A stretch of 64,000 nucleotides of DNA. It comes from Auanema rhodensis (taxonomy: Eukaryota; Animalia; Nematoda). Positions 63,148-64,000 of the stretch are shown one piece after another (position 1 is the stretch's first letter; the number at the start of each line of letters is the position of its first letter). The position numbers were made by a program, and so were the translations under genes. Under the pieces are notes generated by a model that worked only from the letters and a program-made list of their open reading frames with translations, had not been told where the DNA came from and searched no databases. Location of the stretch: positions 11,470,001 through 11,534,000 of the forward strand of contig OZ059894.1 in NCBI GenBank assembly GCA_964057225.1, written 5' to 3'.

Positions 63148-63266
63148 AGCTTACGACACCCGGGATTCCCAAGCCGTCTCCGATCCAAGTACTAACCGGG
63201 CCCAACGTTGCTTGACTTGCCAGATCGGACGGGATGGCGTACTTTCAACGTGGTATGGTCGTAAGC
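63148..63266 (-). rRNA. 5S rRNA
   Basis: Identical copy. Confidence 0.96.
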
Positions 63267-63507
63267 AATGTTATATTCTTCATTATCAGTTATATCACTC
63301 TAAATCTTGTTGTTAATAGTTAGGACCACAAAGAAAACAACAGGAACAGTAACAAATGAAATGCCCAAACTTTACAGTGTTCGAGTTATTTACAGTATCT
63401 AAGACTACCTCTGTCGTGTTATTAGAGCAAACATTCGATTAACAACAACTTTTTTTTAGTTATCAAAGCTTTTTTATTTCTTCAAAAAATTTCAAATAAA
63501 ATATAAA

Positions 63508-63626
63508 AGCTTACGACACCCGGGATTCCCAAGCCGTCTCCGATCCAAGTACTAACCGGGCCCAACGTTGCTTGACTTGCCAGATCGGACGGGATGGCGT
63601 ACTTTCAACGTGGTATGGTCGTAAGC
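63508..63626 (-). rRNA. 5S rRNA
   Basis: Identical copy. Confidence 0.96.
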
Positions 63627-63768
63627 AATGTCATATTCTTCATTATCAGTTATATCACTCTAAATCTTGTTGTTAATAGATACGACCACAAAGAAAACAA
63701 CAGGAACAGTAACAATAACAAAAAAAATTTTTTTTTCACCTATGTGTCTAAAGGTTAGCCATGTATCC

Positions 63769-63822
<54 letters not shown>

Positions 63823-64000
63823 ACAGTAAAAAGTCCAATCAAGAGAGAAATTTTTTCAACACATAGTTGTTTTTTTTTTAAATATCATTGTTTTTCCTCA
63901 TAACTCGGTTTAAACTCGTTCTAACCCGTTGAAATACGTCTAGAAAGTCTTTATAACATGCATATGTATGATAGAACTTCATATTTATTGTAATAGAAAA

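Overview
Eukaryotic DNA, most likely nematode: the 5S rRNA and U2 snRNA resemble the C. elegans sequences as I recall them, and the spacers are AT-rich. The window is a highly homogenised tandem array of 21 units (about 2.47 kb, last one incomplete). Each unit carries one U2 snRNA gene and two 5S rRNA genes, all on the minus strand; three 2.1-kb units have a single 5S. Seventeen U2 genes are intact and four are interrupted at the same site (about U2 nt 38/39, at the branch-point recognition sequence). The inserts are four copies of a 3.7-kb Utopia-type RLE non-LTR retrotransposon (three complete 1092-aa ORFs, one cut by the window edge) and two diverged, related 0.8-0.9-kb non-autonomous elements (A and B). 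Each element type has a fixed-length U2 segment at its 5' end that rebuilds the target and allows stacking. Each also has a leader antisense to the U2 5' region. Every array unit also carries a decayed element/U2/element junction downstream of its U2 gene. Most short ORFs in the track are spurious.
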